Made by a program: the position numbers and the translations under genes. The notes under the pieces are model-generated. The model was not told the origin of the DNA, made no database searches, and saw only the letters and a program-made list of their open reading frames with translations. From NCBI GenBank assembly GCA_964016885.1, contig OZ024742.1, positions 295,244,001-295,308,000 of the forward strand: 64,000 bases of DNA, written 5' to 3'. The DNA is from Eledone cirrhosa (Eukaryota). Below are positions 25,417 through 39,150 of this stretch, piece by piece (the stretch's first letter is position 1; each line of letters starts with the position of its first letter).

Positions 25417-28400
25417 TCATTATCATCATCATCATTTTACGTCCGCTCTTCTCTGCTTGCAAGGGTGGGACGGGTCTTATTCAGCACAGCATCTCTCCAC
25501 TTGTCACGGTCCTTCGTCATCTCAACCGTGAGCTTCAGCAATCTGAGGTCTGTTCACACCACCTCCGCCCATGTTTTTCCTGGTCTACCTCTACCACGTC
25601 TTCCTTCAACTGGCATTTCCTGGCACTTCTTCACCCATCGGTCATCCTCCATGCGCATCACATGTCCATACCACCTCAGTCTCCTCTCCCGTACACTACA
25701 TTCTATCCCTCTCAGACACAGTTTCTCTCTCAACACATTCATGCTGGGTCGTTCATGCACATTGACACTGCACATCCAACGGAGCATGCTTACCTCATTT
25801 CTCTCCAGCCATCACATATCCTCTGCAGTTGCTGCCTATGTCTCACTACCATGCAGCATCGCGCTCCTCACACAGGCATCATACAACCGGCCTTTCGTAC
25901 GCAGAGAGAAACCCTTCTTCGTCAGCAGAGGAAGCAGCTCCCTAAACTTCTTCCAACCCGCCCTTATTCTAGTTACTATGGTCTCGGACCCCCCCCCCCC
26001 CCCCTCCCATGCTAATCTGATCTCCTAGGTACCGGAAGCTATCCACCACTTCTATAGCACCCGCCTGCATTTGAAAAATGTGTCTATCAATGCGACTTCT
26101 ACTGTCTAATTTCCCTGTACATCTACTGCATACATATTTCTCCCTACCTGTTAGTTTGCCTGCTATCCCGCTACATCTCTTGTGTACCCAGGATCTGTAT
26201 TGTGTGCATTTTATAGAATTTATGCCAGTTCCTTTTCTGCATATCGAACATGGCCATTTCCCTGACGGAATCAGAGTTTTGTCCTCTTTTCTACTCATCA
26301 ACACTTTTGTCTTAACTAGGTTCACTCTCAGTCCTCTTGCTTCCAACTGCTGTTTCCATAGCCAGAATTTATTCTCTAGCTCCTCTACTGATTCTGCTAT
26401 ACAAACCAGATCGTCAGCATAGAGAAGTTCGCATGGACAGCCAGTCTTAAACTCCTCTGTTATGGTTTGGAGGACTATAATGAACAAGAGCGGGCTGAGG
26501 ACCGAACCTTGATGTACTCCTACTTGTATCTGGAATTCCTCACTAAACTCCATTCCTACCCTGACTTTACTGACAGTACCTCTGTACAAAGTTTGCACTG
26601 TCCTCACAAGCCATTCCTCAACATCTAGTTTCCTTAGGGACCACCAGATGACAGATAGGGGTACCCTTTCAAAGGCCTTCTCTAGGTCAACAAAGGCTAA
26701 GTATAGTGGCTTATTTTTCTCTAAGAACCTCTCTTGCAATTGTCTCACCAAGAAGAAGGCATCTGTTGTACTCTTCCCAGGCACAAAACCAAACTGCATC
26801 TCATCTAGTTTGACCCTTTCTCTAATTAGTTGTGCTAATATCCTTTCTGCCACTTTCATAACCTGATCCATCAGTTTTATACCCCTATAATTGCTCCTCT
26901 CCAGATCATCCCCTTTACCTTTGTAGCAATTTATGAGAATACTGCTGCACCAGTCTTTGGGTATGACACCACCATATATAGCCTGATTGATGATGCGTGC
27001 AACCAGTTTAGTGCCTACGTCACCTGATGCCTTCAGCATCTCAGCAACTATTCCCGATGGTCCAGCAGCCTTACCATTTTTCATTTCCTTAATCGCCTCT
27101 TGGACCCTATATTCGTCAATCTCAATAGCTGGTCTCTCTGTCGGATCTACTGAGGGTAATTTCTCTCTCTCCCATTCGTTCTCCACATTCATCAGTCTCT
27201 CATAATGACATTTCCAGGCCTTTCTTTTGTCTCTAATGACCTTATCTACTGTGCTGTTCCACCACCAGGCCACTCTCTGTTTGGTTAGAGCTCTGCTCCA
27301 GCCACAAGTTTCATCAGTAGCCTGCAGTAAGTTGTCACATAAGAAATTCCAGTTATTATCTATGTCATACGTCTCTAAATCGTCTTCTTTTTACACATCT
27401 TGAAAGGCTTTCCTAAATTTATATTTTAGTGAAAGGTCTTTTAGCTTCCAGACCTTTCATCTCCACACCTTCCTGTATGTCTTATTCCATTTCTTGCTTA
27501 CTGAGATATCACTAACGACTAACCTATGCTGTGGGGTACATTCTTCCCCAGGGTATGCCTTGGTATTAAACACTATCTGCCTGTCCCTCTGCCTAACTAG
27601 TAAGAAGTCAATCTGGCTTATGTGCTCACCAGATTTGTAGGTTATTAGGTGGTTGGCAGGTTTCTGGAAGTTTGTGTTGCAAATAGTCAGTGTTCTTGCA
27701 TCATAAAATCCAAGAAGTCTCACTCCTTCTTCATTTCTTGAGCTGTAACCGTGCCCACCATGTACCCTAGTGTAACCATCCTGGAGCTGTACAACATGAC
27801 CATTGAAGTCCCCTGCTAGCATAACGATGTCTCCGTCCTCTGTCATTGCGGTTGTTTGTATAAGTTGCTCGTAAAAGCAGTCTTTCTCATCTTTGCCTAG
27901 GCCTGCTTGGGAGCATAGGCAGAGATGATTGTCAGTAGTCTCCTGCTTACAACTAATCTAAGCTTAATTATTCGATTACTAACTCGAACTACCTCTATTG
28001 TCTTATTGATCCATCTCTCAGCCATGAAAATGCCTACTCCCCGTAACCCATCATCCTTACCTACCCAGAAAAGCTTATATCTAAGATGTTTGCCTACGAC
28101 TAGTCTCGCAGAGGCACCTCTCCATCTCACCTCTTGCACGCAGCAATCATCCACATGCCTTCTCTCCAGCATCTCTGCTATTTCAGCAGATCTACCTCTG
28201 AGAGTGCCAACATTAAGTGTTGCAACTCTGAGATGTGACGTCTTCATATTTTGTTGTTGTTCCTATCTATTTGTTGCTGTGCCGATAAGCGTTTTGGCAT
28301 TGATACACTGGTTGGATGCCCTTCCTAACACCAGTGCCACTTTACAGCATGGACTGGGTGCTTTTATTTGTGCCACCAGCACTAGAGAGGATGTCTTACT
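25417..28400 (-). mobile_element. Decayed near full-length RTE LINE, second family (frameshifts, internal deletion)
   Basis: ORF pieces 27897-28247 and 27457-27846 (APE), 25969-27273 (RT, YADD, Zn finger), 25554-25787 (RRLRWYGH); (GAT)n tail at 25417-25435. Confidence 0.92.
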
Positions 28401-28567
28401 AGACTAAAGGGCCCTCTCTACCCCTCCATTTTACAGCATGGTCATAACCCCCCCCCCCACTTATTGACACGATACGCACACACACACTCATGCATACAAA
28501 CTACAAACACACACGCCACTCACACACCAACACTCATGCATACAAACACACACACCACTCACATACA

Positions 28568-28603
<36 letters not shown>

Positions 28604-28707
28604 TTACCGGCAGTACTGATACAAAATCAAAATCATGTCAACTGTTGACTTTTCCCAGTCTACTTCAGTTTTTATATAATAATAATAATAATTGTTTGCT
28701 TTACGCT

Positions 28708-29450
28708 GGTGATGGTGGTGGAGGTGGATGGTGCCAGTGATGGTGGCAGTGGTAGTAGTGGTGGTGGTGAAGGTGGTGGATGGTGTCAGTGATGGTGGTG
28801 ATGGCGGTGGTGGTGGATGGTGCCAGTGATGGTGGTGGTGGTTGTGGTGGTGGATGGTGTTAGTGATGGTGGTGATGGCGGTGGTGGTGGATAGTGCCAG
28901 TGATGGTGGTGGAAGTGGTTGTGGTGGTGGTGAAGGTGGTGGATGGTGTCAGTATCGTGATGGTGGTGGATGGTATCAGTGAAGGTGGTGGCAGTTCTTG
29001 TTGCTGTCGTTGTTATTGTTGTTGCTGTTGTTGTTGTCGTTGCTGCCGTTGTTGTTGTTCTTCATTTCACTGATGCTGCTGCTGCTGTTATTGTAGTTGC
29101 ATATATATAAATACATACATACACACACATTCAACACAGACAATGGTGTTGTTGCTGTTGTTGCTGTCGCTGTTGTAGTTGTAGTTGTTGTTGTTGTTGC
29201 TGCTGCTGCCATTGTTGTTGTTGTTCTTCATTTCACTGATGCTGCTGCTGCAGACAATGGTGCTGTTGCTGTTATTGTAGTCGTATATATATAAATACAT
29301 ACATACACACACATTCAACACAGACAATGGTGTTGTTGCTGTTGTTGCTGTCGCTGTTGTAGTTGTAGTTGCTGTTGTTGTTGTTGTTGCTGCTGCTGCT
29401 GCCATTGTTGTTGTTTTTCATTTCACTGATGTTGCTGCTGCAGACAATTG
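28708..29450. repeat. Compound (GGT)n/(GTT,GCT)n low-complexity region with an approximately 170-190-bp higher-order unit (about 3 copies)
   Basis: catttcactgatg recurs at about 29062, 29229 and 29419. Confidence 0.85.
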
Positions 29451-29958
29451 TGCTATGCACATGGCAAATTATGAAATACTTTAGGGTGCTGAAATCTGGA
29501 GGTCCCACACAAATCTTGAACAACGCCGCCACCGTTGCCACCACCACCACCACCACCACTATCATCACTTTTATATTCCTATTCCATGGGTTGGATAGGG
29601 TGTCACAGCCTGAGACCAGATGAATCAGAGCAATCTCATCTTACTCATACATTCTATATCTGAAAAAGTTTCTATGGTTGGATGCCCTTCTTAATGTCAA
29701 CCACTTGGTAAAATATACTGGATGTGTTTTTTCAGGGCAACATCACTACCACTTTACAGAGTTTAATTATAAGAAAGTCAGTTATTTTATTAAATCCCTC
29801 CAAATTATTGATTTACTTTCGAAATTATTAAAAACATAGAAATATGCCAACAAAAGGTTTAATAGCTGGAAAAAAGACTATGTTCAATGTTGGAATGTCT
29901 TTGATCATAAGCCTACTGGATCAGACTCAACCTGGCACTTAAAAACAACAACTTTTAA

Positions 29959-30207
29959 CCCTTTAGTATTTACATACTCTCTATATACTATTGTATTTTT
30001 GTGGTAAAGGCTTTATCTCCCATAATATTGATCTATGAGATTTTGATATTATTTATTTTTGTGGTAAAGGCTTTATCTCCCATAATATTGATCTATGAGA
30101 TTTTGATATTATTTATTTTGAGAACAATACCTTAACATCAATATGGTTTGAATAGAAAAAAGGTGAGAGATTTCTGGCTGGATATGGCTGACTTAAATGC
30201 TAAAGGG
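29959..30207. mobile_element. piggyBac-like MITE with internal 60-bp tandem duplication (other copies at 22285-22505, 22026-22205 and 6300-6467)
   Basis: TTAA|CCCTTTAG...CTAAAGGG|TTAA; 30001-30060 repeats as 30061-30120. Confidence 0.8.
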
Positions 30208-30229
30208 TTAAATCTCTGATTTGAGTATA

Positions 30230-30578
30230 CAGTTGTCCTCCGATATTTACGGGGGTTATGTTCTTAGAGCACCTGCGAAGAGTGAAAACCCGCGAATATT
30301 GGACGTGGTCCATAGAAATGCCTATAAATATCAAAATATAACATGAAATATAATAAAAAAAGAGGGAGCGTCTTATGTGAAGGGGTGTCCAATACAGTAT
30401 ATTGTTATTGATAATTTGGTGTTAAAAAGCTGAAAAAATATATATTGCCATGAAAAAAGCCATTAAAAAAATTGCGGAAGATATTTACGATTCCACGAAT
30501 ATGCAGTAGTTTCTAAGGAAAATTCCACGAATAACTGGGACTGCGAATGTCGGGACCACAAATGCTGGGGGTACACTG
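30230..30578. mobile_element. Tigger-like MITE
   Basis: CAGT...ACTG imperfect TIRs, TA TSD. Confidence 0.75.
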
Positions 30579-30619
30579 TATTTCCAAGTTTCTTAGAGAA
30601 TATAAAATACTTCAATTAC

Positions 30620-30780
30620 CTATTATATAATAAGATATTTCTCCATTTTGTCCTTTGTCTTTGTCGGTTGCTGATAATGAAGCAATGTGGCGTCCAATGG
30701 TAGCGTTAGTATATAACTGGGCATGGTAAGTTTCATTAATAAATGTTGGTCGGTTGTCATTCATATCTTCTACTGTAACA
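30620..30780 (-). CDS. Cadherin EC exon: (N)VTVEDMNDNRPTFINETYHAQLYTNATIGRHIASLSATDKDKGQNGEISYYII
   Basis: DMNDNRP and ATDKDxGxNG motifs; AG/GT; phase 2/1. Confidence 0.95.
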
Positions 30781-30803
30781 CTGAAATAAAACAAACAGAT
30801 ATA

Positions 30804-31028
30804 TAAGGTGAACATAAAGTCTTTGAAACCACAAAACACACTGAGCTTTTTGTTTCATAGATGCCATTTTTGTTATTGAAAATTACAACCACTTCCTTTA
30901 AAAGAGAAAATATAAAACATGTTCAGCAAACTTGAAATATATAAATTAAAACAACGGAAAAGTAAAATCTCAAATAGTATCCAAGATATGGTATTTTATA
31001 ATCAGGGAAAGACTTTATGTTCACCCTG
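30804..31028. mobile_element. Tc1/mariner MITE
   Basis: TIR GGTGAACATAAAGTCTTT / AAAGACTTTATGTTCACC; TA flanks. Confidence 0.8.
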
Positions 31029-31341
31029 TACATTGAAAATTACAATTCACAAAGCAATTTTTTATTATGATTTATGACAACCCAAAATATATTTCTTGAG
31101 TTTAAATATATTTTTGAAAACATTTATACCAAATTTTATGCCATTTTAACTGTCATAATCATCATCAATTTTACATTAACTTTCCATGCTGGTAAGCGTT
31201 GGATGGGTTGTCATGGTCCAAGACAATTCTGATTTAAAGTTAGCTAGACAGAGTGGGCGACTATGTCATGCTTGTGTGTTCTAAAATTTGGCTTGGTTGC
31301 TACAGTTGATATCCTTTCTAATGCCAACCACTTCACAAAGT

Positions 31342-31540
31342 NNNNNNNNNNNNNNNNNNNNNNNNNNNNNNNNNNNNNNNNNNNNNNNNNNNNNNNNNNN
31401 NNNNNNNNNNNNNNNNNNNNNNNNNNNNNNNNNNNNNNNNNNNNNNNNNNNNNNNNNNNNNNNNNNNNNNNNNNNNNNNNNNNNNNNNNNNNNNNNNNNN
31501 NNNNNNNNNNNNNNNNNNNNNNNNNNNNNNNNNNNNNNNN
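31342..31540. other. Assembly gap (N run) within a cadherin intron
   Basis: 199 N; exons on both sides join in phase, supporting the scaffold join. Confidence 0.97.
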
Positions 31541-32292
31541 NAAATAGATAGGTAGTGGGTGTTGTCACCTGAAAACGAGGGAATTTTAAGTGCAAGTCTG
31601 TCAACAGGTGTGGGGAAAAAGTGTGTGTGTGTATGCTTCTGTATGTTCTAAGGAAATTCCGGACTACAACTAGTGATTAATAATGCTTTTTCCATAGAAA
31701 TATAATATATTGAAATCTTTCTTAATCCCCCCCCCCTTCTCCCGGAAAAAAATTGAAGGGAAATAATCCTTACATGTCTAGAGTTATCTACCTTGCTAAA
31801 AGCCGTGTGAAAAAAAAAACTCGGATTAAAAAATTGAAAGGACAAAAGGCGATTCTAACGGCAGTGGTAATGATGGTGCAAAATATAAGGGCGGTTACAA
31901 TAGTAGCAGCTGTATATGTGGGGAAATAAAATTAGAAGAAGGAGGAAAATGTTTTGTATGGAGTGGTAACTTTTATATCGTCGCTTAACTTACTAGACAT
32001 AGCAATCAAATCGTCCGCAAACGATCATCGGTATTTTATGCCTGGGGGAAAAAAACAACAACTAACAAACCAACCAAAACAAACAAACGATTATCACAAC
32101 TGGAACATCTTTATAGTGTATATGATGTACAGTGTATCCTTTGCTAACGAATATAATTAGTTCCAGAGTATCATTAATTAGAACAACTAAAATATATGTA
32201 TTTAGGGACAATTTGTCCCAAAGCTCAAACAATACTGAAAGTCTACATCCAAAGTATATCTTTAAAAATTAATCAGACACATATTGTAAATA

Positions 32293-32557
32293 CGTTCAGA
32301 GTTGCTGAAGCATGGAAAAAACTACCTGCATCGGTAGTTAGCTGTTGGGACACTGCATCATTTCAAAACTTCCATGCTTCCCGAAATTCGTCAACACTAC
32401 ACCTGATATTCCCTCTCCATACACATGCATGTGTCTGTGTCTGTGTGTATATCATGATTCATACACTGTTCACTTTCCTGACATTTGTACATTATTTTAT
32501 GTTTATGGGCTGTAGTGCACCTGAGCACTGTACAAAATAATTTTCATTATTATTATT
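32293..32557 (+). mobile_element. CR1 3' fragment with (ATT)n tail
   Basis: FRVAEAWKKLPASVV, matches 15355-15610. Confidence 0.88.
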
Positions 32558-35226
32558 GTTCTTTGAGTCTCAGTCATTGATGTTAGTTAACTGGAAAGTT
32601 AGTTGAAATGAATATCAAGCCACTACCTGCAGCCTCAGACATTCAGGACGTATTGGAGGGTTCTTGCTGTTCCCAGCAAGCATGCCCTTTGAAGTGTTCC
32701 AAAAAGCGGGGCTGGACTAATCTTCTTTAACCATCCTTGGAAACTCTTTGAGATAGTACCTAGTGCTCTTATGACAATCGGGACGACCTTGATTTCATGG
32801 CATTTCCAAATTCTTTGTAACTCCCATTTTAAATCCTGGTATCGGTTAATTTTCTCCCTCTCCTTTTCTTGCACTCTCGTGTCAAATGGGCAGGCTACAT
32901 CTACAATCAGGCCTATTGTGTTCTAATTTCTTGTCCATCTGTATCCTAAAATCCCATAGCCCCTTCACCTGATCTCTCTCTATCACCACTTCTCAGAATG
33001 TGGTAAATTGTTTAGTTTGCATAGATGTCAGTGGATCACCCTGCATATCATATCATGTCTCCAGCCTTTATAGTGAGTCTGGACTAGGTATTTACACTCG
33101 GATACAATATGAGACACAGTCTCCTCTCTCTCTCCATAGATCCTACACAGTGAGCTAGCCTCCTCCTTGTCAATATGGTGTTTCACCCACTTTGTTCTGA
33201 GGGCTTGCTCTTGCGCAGTCATTAGCATTCCTTCTATAGCTTTTTTAAGGTCTCCTCTTTTTAACCAGTTCCATGTCTGTAATTCTCTAAATTCTGTTTT
33301 CTTAAAGAAGGTGCTATGAAGGCATTTTTCATGAAGGTTGCTCTTCCTCCTCGTTGTTATTTCCTCCTTGGACATCCCCTGGTCTATTGTCTTCTCCTTC
33401 AGTACAATTTTGAGCATTAGCTCTCTACTGTCAGCCACATATTTGTGCAGACTGTTTTTCTCCATCTGAACACAGTCCTCTATGCTGATAAGACCTCTTC
33501 CACCTTCAGATCTCTTTAAGTAGAGTCTGTCGACATCACTCCTCTTGTGGAACATGTAGATAATCAATAGCTTCCTAGTCTTCCTATCCATTTCTTTTTG
33601 TTCAGCAACATTCCATTTCAGAATTCCCGCACTGTACCTAATAATAGACACAGCTCGGGAATTTACTGCACTTATGACATTCCTACTATTTAGATGTGAT
33701 TTTAGTATGTTCCTTACTCTGCTTATGTATTCAGATCTTATCAATTCCTTCATTTTTTTGTTCTTGATGTCATCTGTCTCCAGAACACCTAAATATTTCT
33801 ATCCCTCTTCAGTGTCAATTTCCTTTATCATCTCACATGTTGCTACCTGGATTCCATTGCTTCTGCTCAATTTACCCCTCTTCATCACTAGGACTCCACA
33901 CTTATTAACACCAAATTCCATACATATATCATTGCTGAAAATACAGACAGTGTCAACAAGTACATCCAACTCCTTCTTACTCTTCCCAAAGAGTTTAAGA
34001 TCGTCCATGAAGAGGAACTGGTTGATCGTAAGCTCTCCTCTTCCCAACTTGTATCCTTCTCTCACTTTTCGCAATATGACGGACAGGGGTATCAGGGCAA
34101 GGACAAACAACAAAGGGGACAAACTATCTCCCTGGAAGATACCTCTCTTGATCTTCACGGCTCCCAAGGATTCTCCACCTGATGTTAACTCTGTTTCCCA
34201 GGACTTCATACTTTTACTTAATAGCTGTCTGATGTTATCTGCCACCTTGAAGATCTCTAGGCTTTTGGTTATCCAAGAATGAGGTACCATGTTGAATGCC
34301 TTTTTGTAATCTATCCATCCCATGGCAAAACCAGTGTGCCTCCTCTTGCAATTCCTCATTACCATCTTATCAATAAGTAACTGGTCTTTTGTACCACGGG
34401 ACTTCTTTCGGCATCCTTTCTGTTCGTCCGGTAACAAGTTATGTAGAGGTGATAGTAGATTTCCTCAGACACAATGCTTGTTAACAGTTTCCACATTACG
34501 GACAGACATGTGATAGGCCTATAGTTGGTAACATCATTACCCTTGATTCAGTCTTTCATTACCAGAACTGTGGTACCTTTTGTCAACCACTCTGGTACTT
34601 CACCCGACATCAAGCAGTCATTGAACATGGTTGTCAGTTTTGGGTGGAGGGATGTTATATTTTTAATCCAATACCCTTGCACACCATCTGGGCCTGGTGA
34701 TTTCCAGTTGGTTAGTTTTTTGGCCTGCCCTTTAAGAGTTTCAACTGTGATACTCAAATCAGGTTGTTGGTGTGCTTGTTCACTAATCTCCTTTTGAACT
34801 GTCTCAATCCACACTGCCTGACTATTATGTTCAACATCCTGCTTCCATATTCATCTCCAGAATGTTTTAGTCTGTTCAGCCTCAGGGATCACGTCATTGC
34901 CTCTTTCTTTCCCTTCAAGCTGTTCAAACAACATCTTCTGGTTGTTGTCAAACATGCGGTTCTGTCTATACTGACTAACTCTGTTATCATACCGCCTAAT
35001 CTTTGCACTTTTTGCTACAATGCGTTGCTTTAGTTCCTCTATGATAACATTTACCTCTTTTCCCCCTAGTTTTGTATTTTATTTTCAATCTATCTTTAGT
35101 GTCTATGTTTTGTAATGTCCCATTCAGTAAAGACTCAAGCTTTCCAATGTCTTTTCTCATTTCCTTGATTTGACCATTCAGTTGTTTCTTCCACCAAGGT
35201 TCTGATCTTTCTTGTTTGTTGTTTCC
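32558..35226 (-). mobile_element. Decayed R4/Dong-clade non-LTR retrotransposon (RT + CCHC knuckle + restriction-like endonuclease)
   Basis: [34 protein letters not shown] (RT); CRxxG-ETVSHIVSEC and RHD; EKINRYQDL...VVPIVI (RLE); flanked by (ATT)n. Confidence 0.88.
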
Positions 35227-35811
35227 TATTATTATTATTATTATTATTATTATCCCAGTAATACACTGGGATAATTGCTGACCTTGTGCCAAAAGTAGAA
35301 ACAATTATTATTATTATAAAAACAATGTAATACTCTTACAGTAAATATAACATAATTATTACATAAATAAAGAGAAAGAAAAGAATTTGTTTTTGATTTA
35401 TCATTTATATTATCTTACTTGATACATATTAACAGATGAATGTGAACCTACTTATTGTGGGGCACAAAATAAATGATTACAAAACAAACAGTACATGTAA
35501 TGTGAAGCCAAATGAATATAAAAGCTAGCCAAGTAAACTACTTATTAACTTGCTCACAGAATTAGTGTGAATGAACCCAAGTGACTTTTTGTAATCTTAA
35601 TTTATATTTTGTTATTTCCATATAGAAATTGCTTGTTGATATGTTTTATTAGTTACTAAAGAGTCCACTTTACTCACAGGTGACAGAAGAGAATAAAAGA
35701 ACTAGAACTTGATGCAAGAAGGCCCATACCAACTATCCCACCAGACACCTTACACTGTTCTGGCCTGAGTGGACTGCAACAACATTGAGAACATAAAAAA
35801 AAACTACTTAC

Positions 35812-35938
35812 TTTAATATTACAGGAGAGGAATACCGAGGGAAATCCCCCCCATCTGTACACTCAGCATATAATTGGTAACTCCCAGGGTGGGTCTCATG
35901 ATCTAGGCGGACTATTGTTTCCAGAACACCAGTTTCAG
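35812..35938 (-). CDS. Cadherin EC exon: (A)ETGVLETIVRLDHETHPGSYQLYAECTDGGDFPRYSSPVIL
   Basis: TG, LDHE and DGGxxP motifs; AG/GTAAG; phase 1/2. Confidence 0.93.
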
Positions 35939-37029
35939 CTGGAAATATTAAAAAGAAAATAAGATTCAATTGTTAAAAGGACCAATTGTAACAAACTATA
36001 ACAAACTTTTGCAGCCATTCATTCATACATTTATCAAATATTATCTGCTTTTAACATGTTGAACACCATGGATTGAGATTGCCAGCTCTGTCTTTCTAGT
36101 GCTGTCCTTATGATGATAAATCCTCTCTTAATTTGACAATGAGCTTACAGTTATTTGAACAATTTAATATTCATTTTGTTAAATTTGTAAGTGACTGAAT
36201 ATTCTGCAGACATATGTACTCTTGCTCGGGGTCTACTCCTGGGCCTTCTGTCGATTGGTTTTGCCTGTAAAATCTGTCCAGCGATTCTTTTCTGAGACAT
36301 TCTAACAGCTGGAGGGAGTGTTTGAGGACCCTGCTCTGACGACCCTCTCAGGAGGAAGAAGAAGAAGACGAAGACAAAGATGAAGAAGAAGAAATGTATT
36401 CTTAACGTAACTCCCAAGCCAAATCAGCATGACACAACATCAGACCTGTCAACTCTCACTGTCCAACAGGTAGATCTCTCACCCACTTTGGAGTAGGTGA
36501 GAGATGTCTTCTCTTGTGAAAATGGGTATAGCTTCCATTATGTAAAATCTTCCCATTTTGGGGCAATTTTTTTCAAGAAACTCTTCGTTTGGGTTTTTAG
36601 AGGCTGGCAGGTTTGCAATATGTAACTTGGACTTACAAGTTTTCAATTTAACTCACTCACAACGCTTGGTTATTTTAAATTTGTCCAATTCATGATATTA
36701 TCTTTACTGTATTCATTTTACATTCTATTAACAGCTTCTGTAAACTTATTTTTGCTAATGAAATGTCCAAAATATTTTACATTTCTTCCTTTGATGGTGT
36801 CTCTGTTTTTTGCTGTACATATCTTAAATTATTCACCTGTAATTCTACACTAAGCTTTACATAAAAGTCATGCTCATTGAGACAAATCTTCAGAATTTGT
36901 ATTCATTCTATCTGTTGTCAATCTGATATATAAGACATCTTTGCACAGGCAATAAAGAAACATCTTCTTCCCTAGAAAAACTTACAAAAATCCCACAGTG
37001 TGTGAAATATGTTACACACACACACACTA

Positions 37030-37351
37030 TCATCATCATCATCATCATTTTACGTCCGCTTTTCCCTGCTTGCAAGGATGGGAGGGGTCTTATTCAACAC
37101 AGCATCTCTCCACTTGTCACGGTCCTTTGTCATCTCCACCGTGAGCTTCAGCGATCTGAGGTTTGTTCTCACCACCTCCGCTCATGTTTTTCGTGGTCTA
37201 CCTCTGCCACGTCTTCCTTCAACTGGCATTTCCTGGCACTTCTTCACCCATCGGTCATCCTCCATGCGCATCACATGTCCATACCACCTCAGTCTCCTCT
37301 CTCGCACACTACATTCTATCCCTCTCAGACACAGTTTCTCTCTCAACACAT
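37030..37351 (-). mobile_element. RTE family-2 3' fragment
   Basis: Near-identical to 25417-25740. Confidence 0.9.
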
Positions 37352-37352
37352 T

Positions 37353-37402
<50 letters not shown>

Positions 37403-37570
37403 GTATTATATTTCTAATATAGTCACATCCTACTATCCTAAGTATCGAGCACTCTGCTGAAGAAGAGTCTGGTTAAATCATGATATATATATATGATTTT
37501 GTTTTAACATTTGAACAAGATTATAATAATGATATATTAGTATTAGATAGTAAAAGGAAGAGAAGTTTAC

Positions 37571-37658
37571 CATTTAATGCAAAAAGTGAATCAATAGTTA
37601 AGAGTTGATACCGAATGTTACTTCGTTCATCTTTATCCAAGCATCGTACGCGTAAAAC
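37571..37658 (-). CDS. Cadherin EC exon: VLRVRCLDKDERSNIRYQLLTIDSLFALN
   Basis: DxD motif; poly-T acceptor tract; phase 0/1. Confidence 0.9.
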
Positions 37659-37828
37659 CTGCATAAGACAAAAAAAAAAAAAAAAAAAAAAAAAAGAGGT
37701 GAAATTTGATGACAAGTAATTCCATTTATTTATTTTGTAAACACAAGGGGTATATTCGAAATATCAAAAGTAAATTCTTTCCTTCAAATATAAAAGACAA
37801 ATTAAATGGAGTTGTGATGTGGAATACA

Positions 37829-37859
<31 letters not shown>

Positions 37860-37869
37860 ATGTTAAATC

Positions 37870-38200
37870 AACCTCTACACAGATCTTCCTTGGTTTCCCT
37901 TGGCTGCACTTTCCTTTCATTGAGATCTCTTTGCACAGCTTCACCGAAAAATCACCATTCATACACATTACATGGCCATACCAGCAGTCTTCTCTCCTGC
38001 ACATTACACCTGATTCCTCTTATATCAAGCTTTTCTCTCACCTCATCCATGCTATATCGTTCATGCAAGTTAACATTGCACATCCATCAAAGCTTGTTTG
38101 CTTCATTTCTCTCTAGCCTTTGCATGCATATCCCTTGCATTTCTTGCCAATGTCTCCCTGCCATGCAATATCGCCCTTCGTACACAGACATCATACAGGT
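37870..38200 (-). mobile_element. Old diverged RTE RT C-terminal fragment
   Basis: Degenerate similarity to the RTE 3' coding region. Confidence 0.65.
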
Positions 38201-38844
38201 GGCCCATATATATGTGTGTGTGTGTGTGTGTGTAATGTACGTATATGCCGTGAAAATATCTGTGGGAAAGTAAAAGGATAAAAGCTCTTTATCTAGTGCA
38301 AGAGAGGCAATTTATTATGATTCATACAGTTTTGTAACTCGTGGTGAAGCCCATTCCTCTCCAGATCTGAACTACTGAAGTGGAGAGAATGATAGACAGG
38401 AAATGATAAATAGATATAGTAGAATCGACCCCGGTACTGGATTATTACTTTTTCTATTGACCTCAAAAGTATGAAAGGCAAAGTTGATCGCAGTGAGATG
38501 AATAATGCAAAACTATCTATCTGACTTTCTAATAATTCACTCAATAGGCTGGCATATATATATATATACACACTACATATATATATGGAAACATAGATAA
38601 CTGTCTCACAGGATGCTTACAGTTGTAAGGGATATAATCGTAGTAAGCACATGACAACAACGAAATTGTCTAACCCAACAAAGAGTTATTTCCCTTAAAA
38701 TTACATTGCAGCACTAGAACTCCATTAGCCAGTAACCCAACCTAAACTGATCTAAACTGAGGTGGGGGGAGGGAGGGAGAGGAGGTTGGACGATTATTCG
38801 AGACCTGAGAGTATGCCTAATAAGGCTAACAATTTTTTGGATAG

Positions 38845-39012
38845 GGGAAAGTCGATTAAATAGATCTCAGTACGTTGCTGGTACTTTATTTTATTGACCC
38901 TGTAAGGAATAAAGGCAAAGATAACCTCGGCAGGATTTGAATTCAGAACGTAAAGGGACGTAACTCTATGCTGCGAAGCATGGTGTCCGACGCTCTACCG
39001 ATACTGCCAATC
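38845..39012 (-). mobile_element. SINE family A
   Basis: Reverse-complement homology to 17516-17706. Confidence 0.8.
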
Positions 39013-39150
39013 CAAATATTCAATACTTTCGATATATCTGATTGAAGTAGACTTTTTCTGTACATTACTTTGTAACAATCCATATTGACCTAAGAGTCAA
39101 ACATAAATATGAAGATGATGGTGATGATTTTTGTGAGAGATTAAACTTAC

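Noticed and set aside
25380-26028. Plus-strand ORFs of about 210 aa (similarly 33674-34282, 48968-51891 and 53295-53921)
   Set aside because: Antisense shadows of LINE coding sequence.
28976-29623. Poly-T/N/L/V ORFs
   Set aside because: Trinucleotide low-complexity repeats; no splice or phase fit with the gene.
31263-31604. ORFs spanning X residues
   Set aside because: Artefacts of the N gap.
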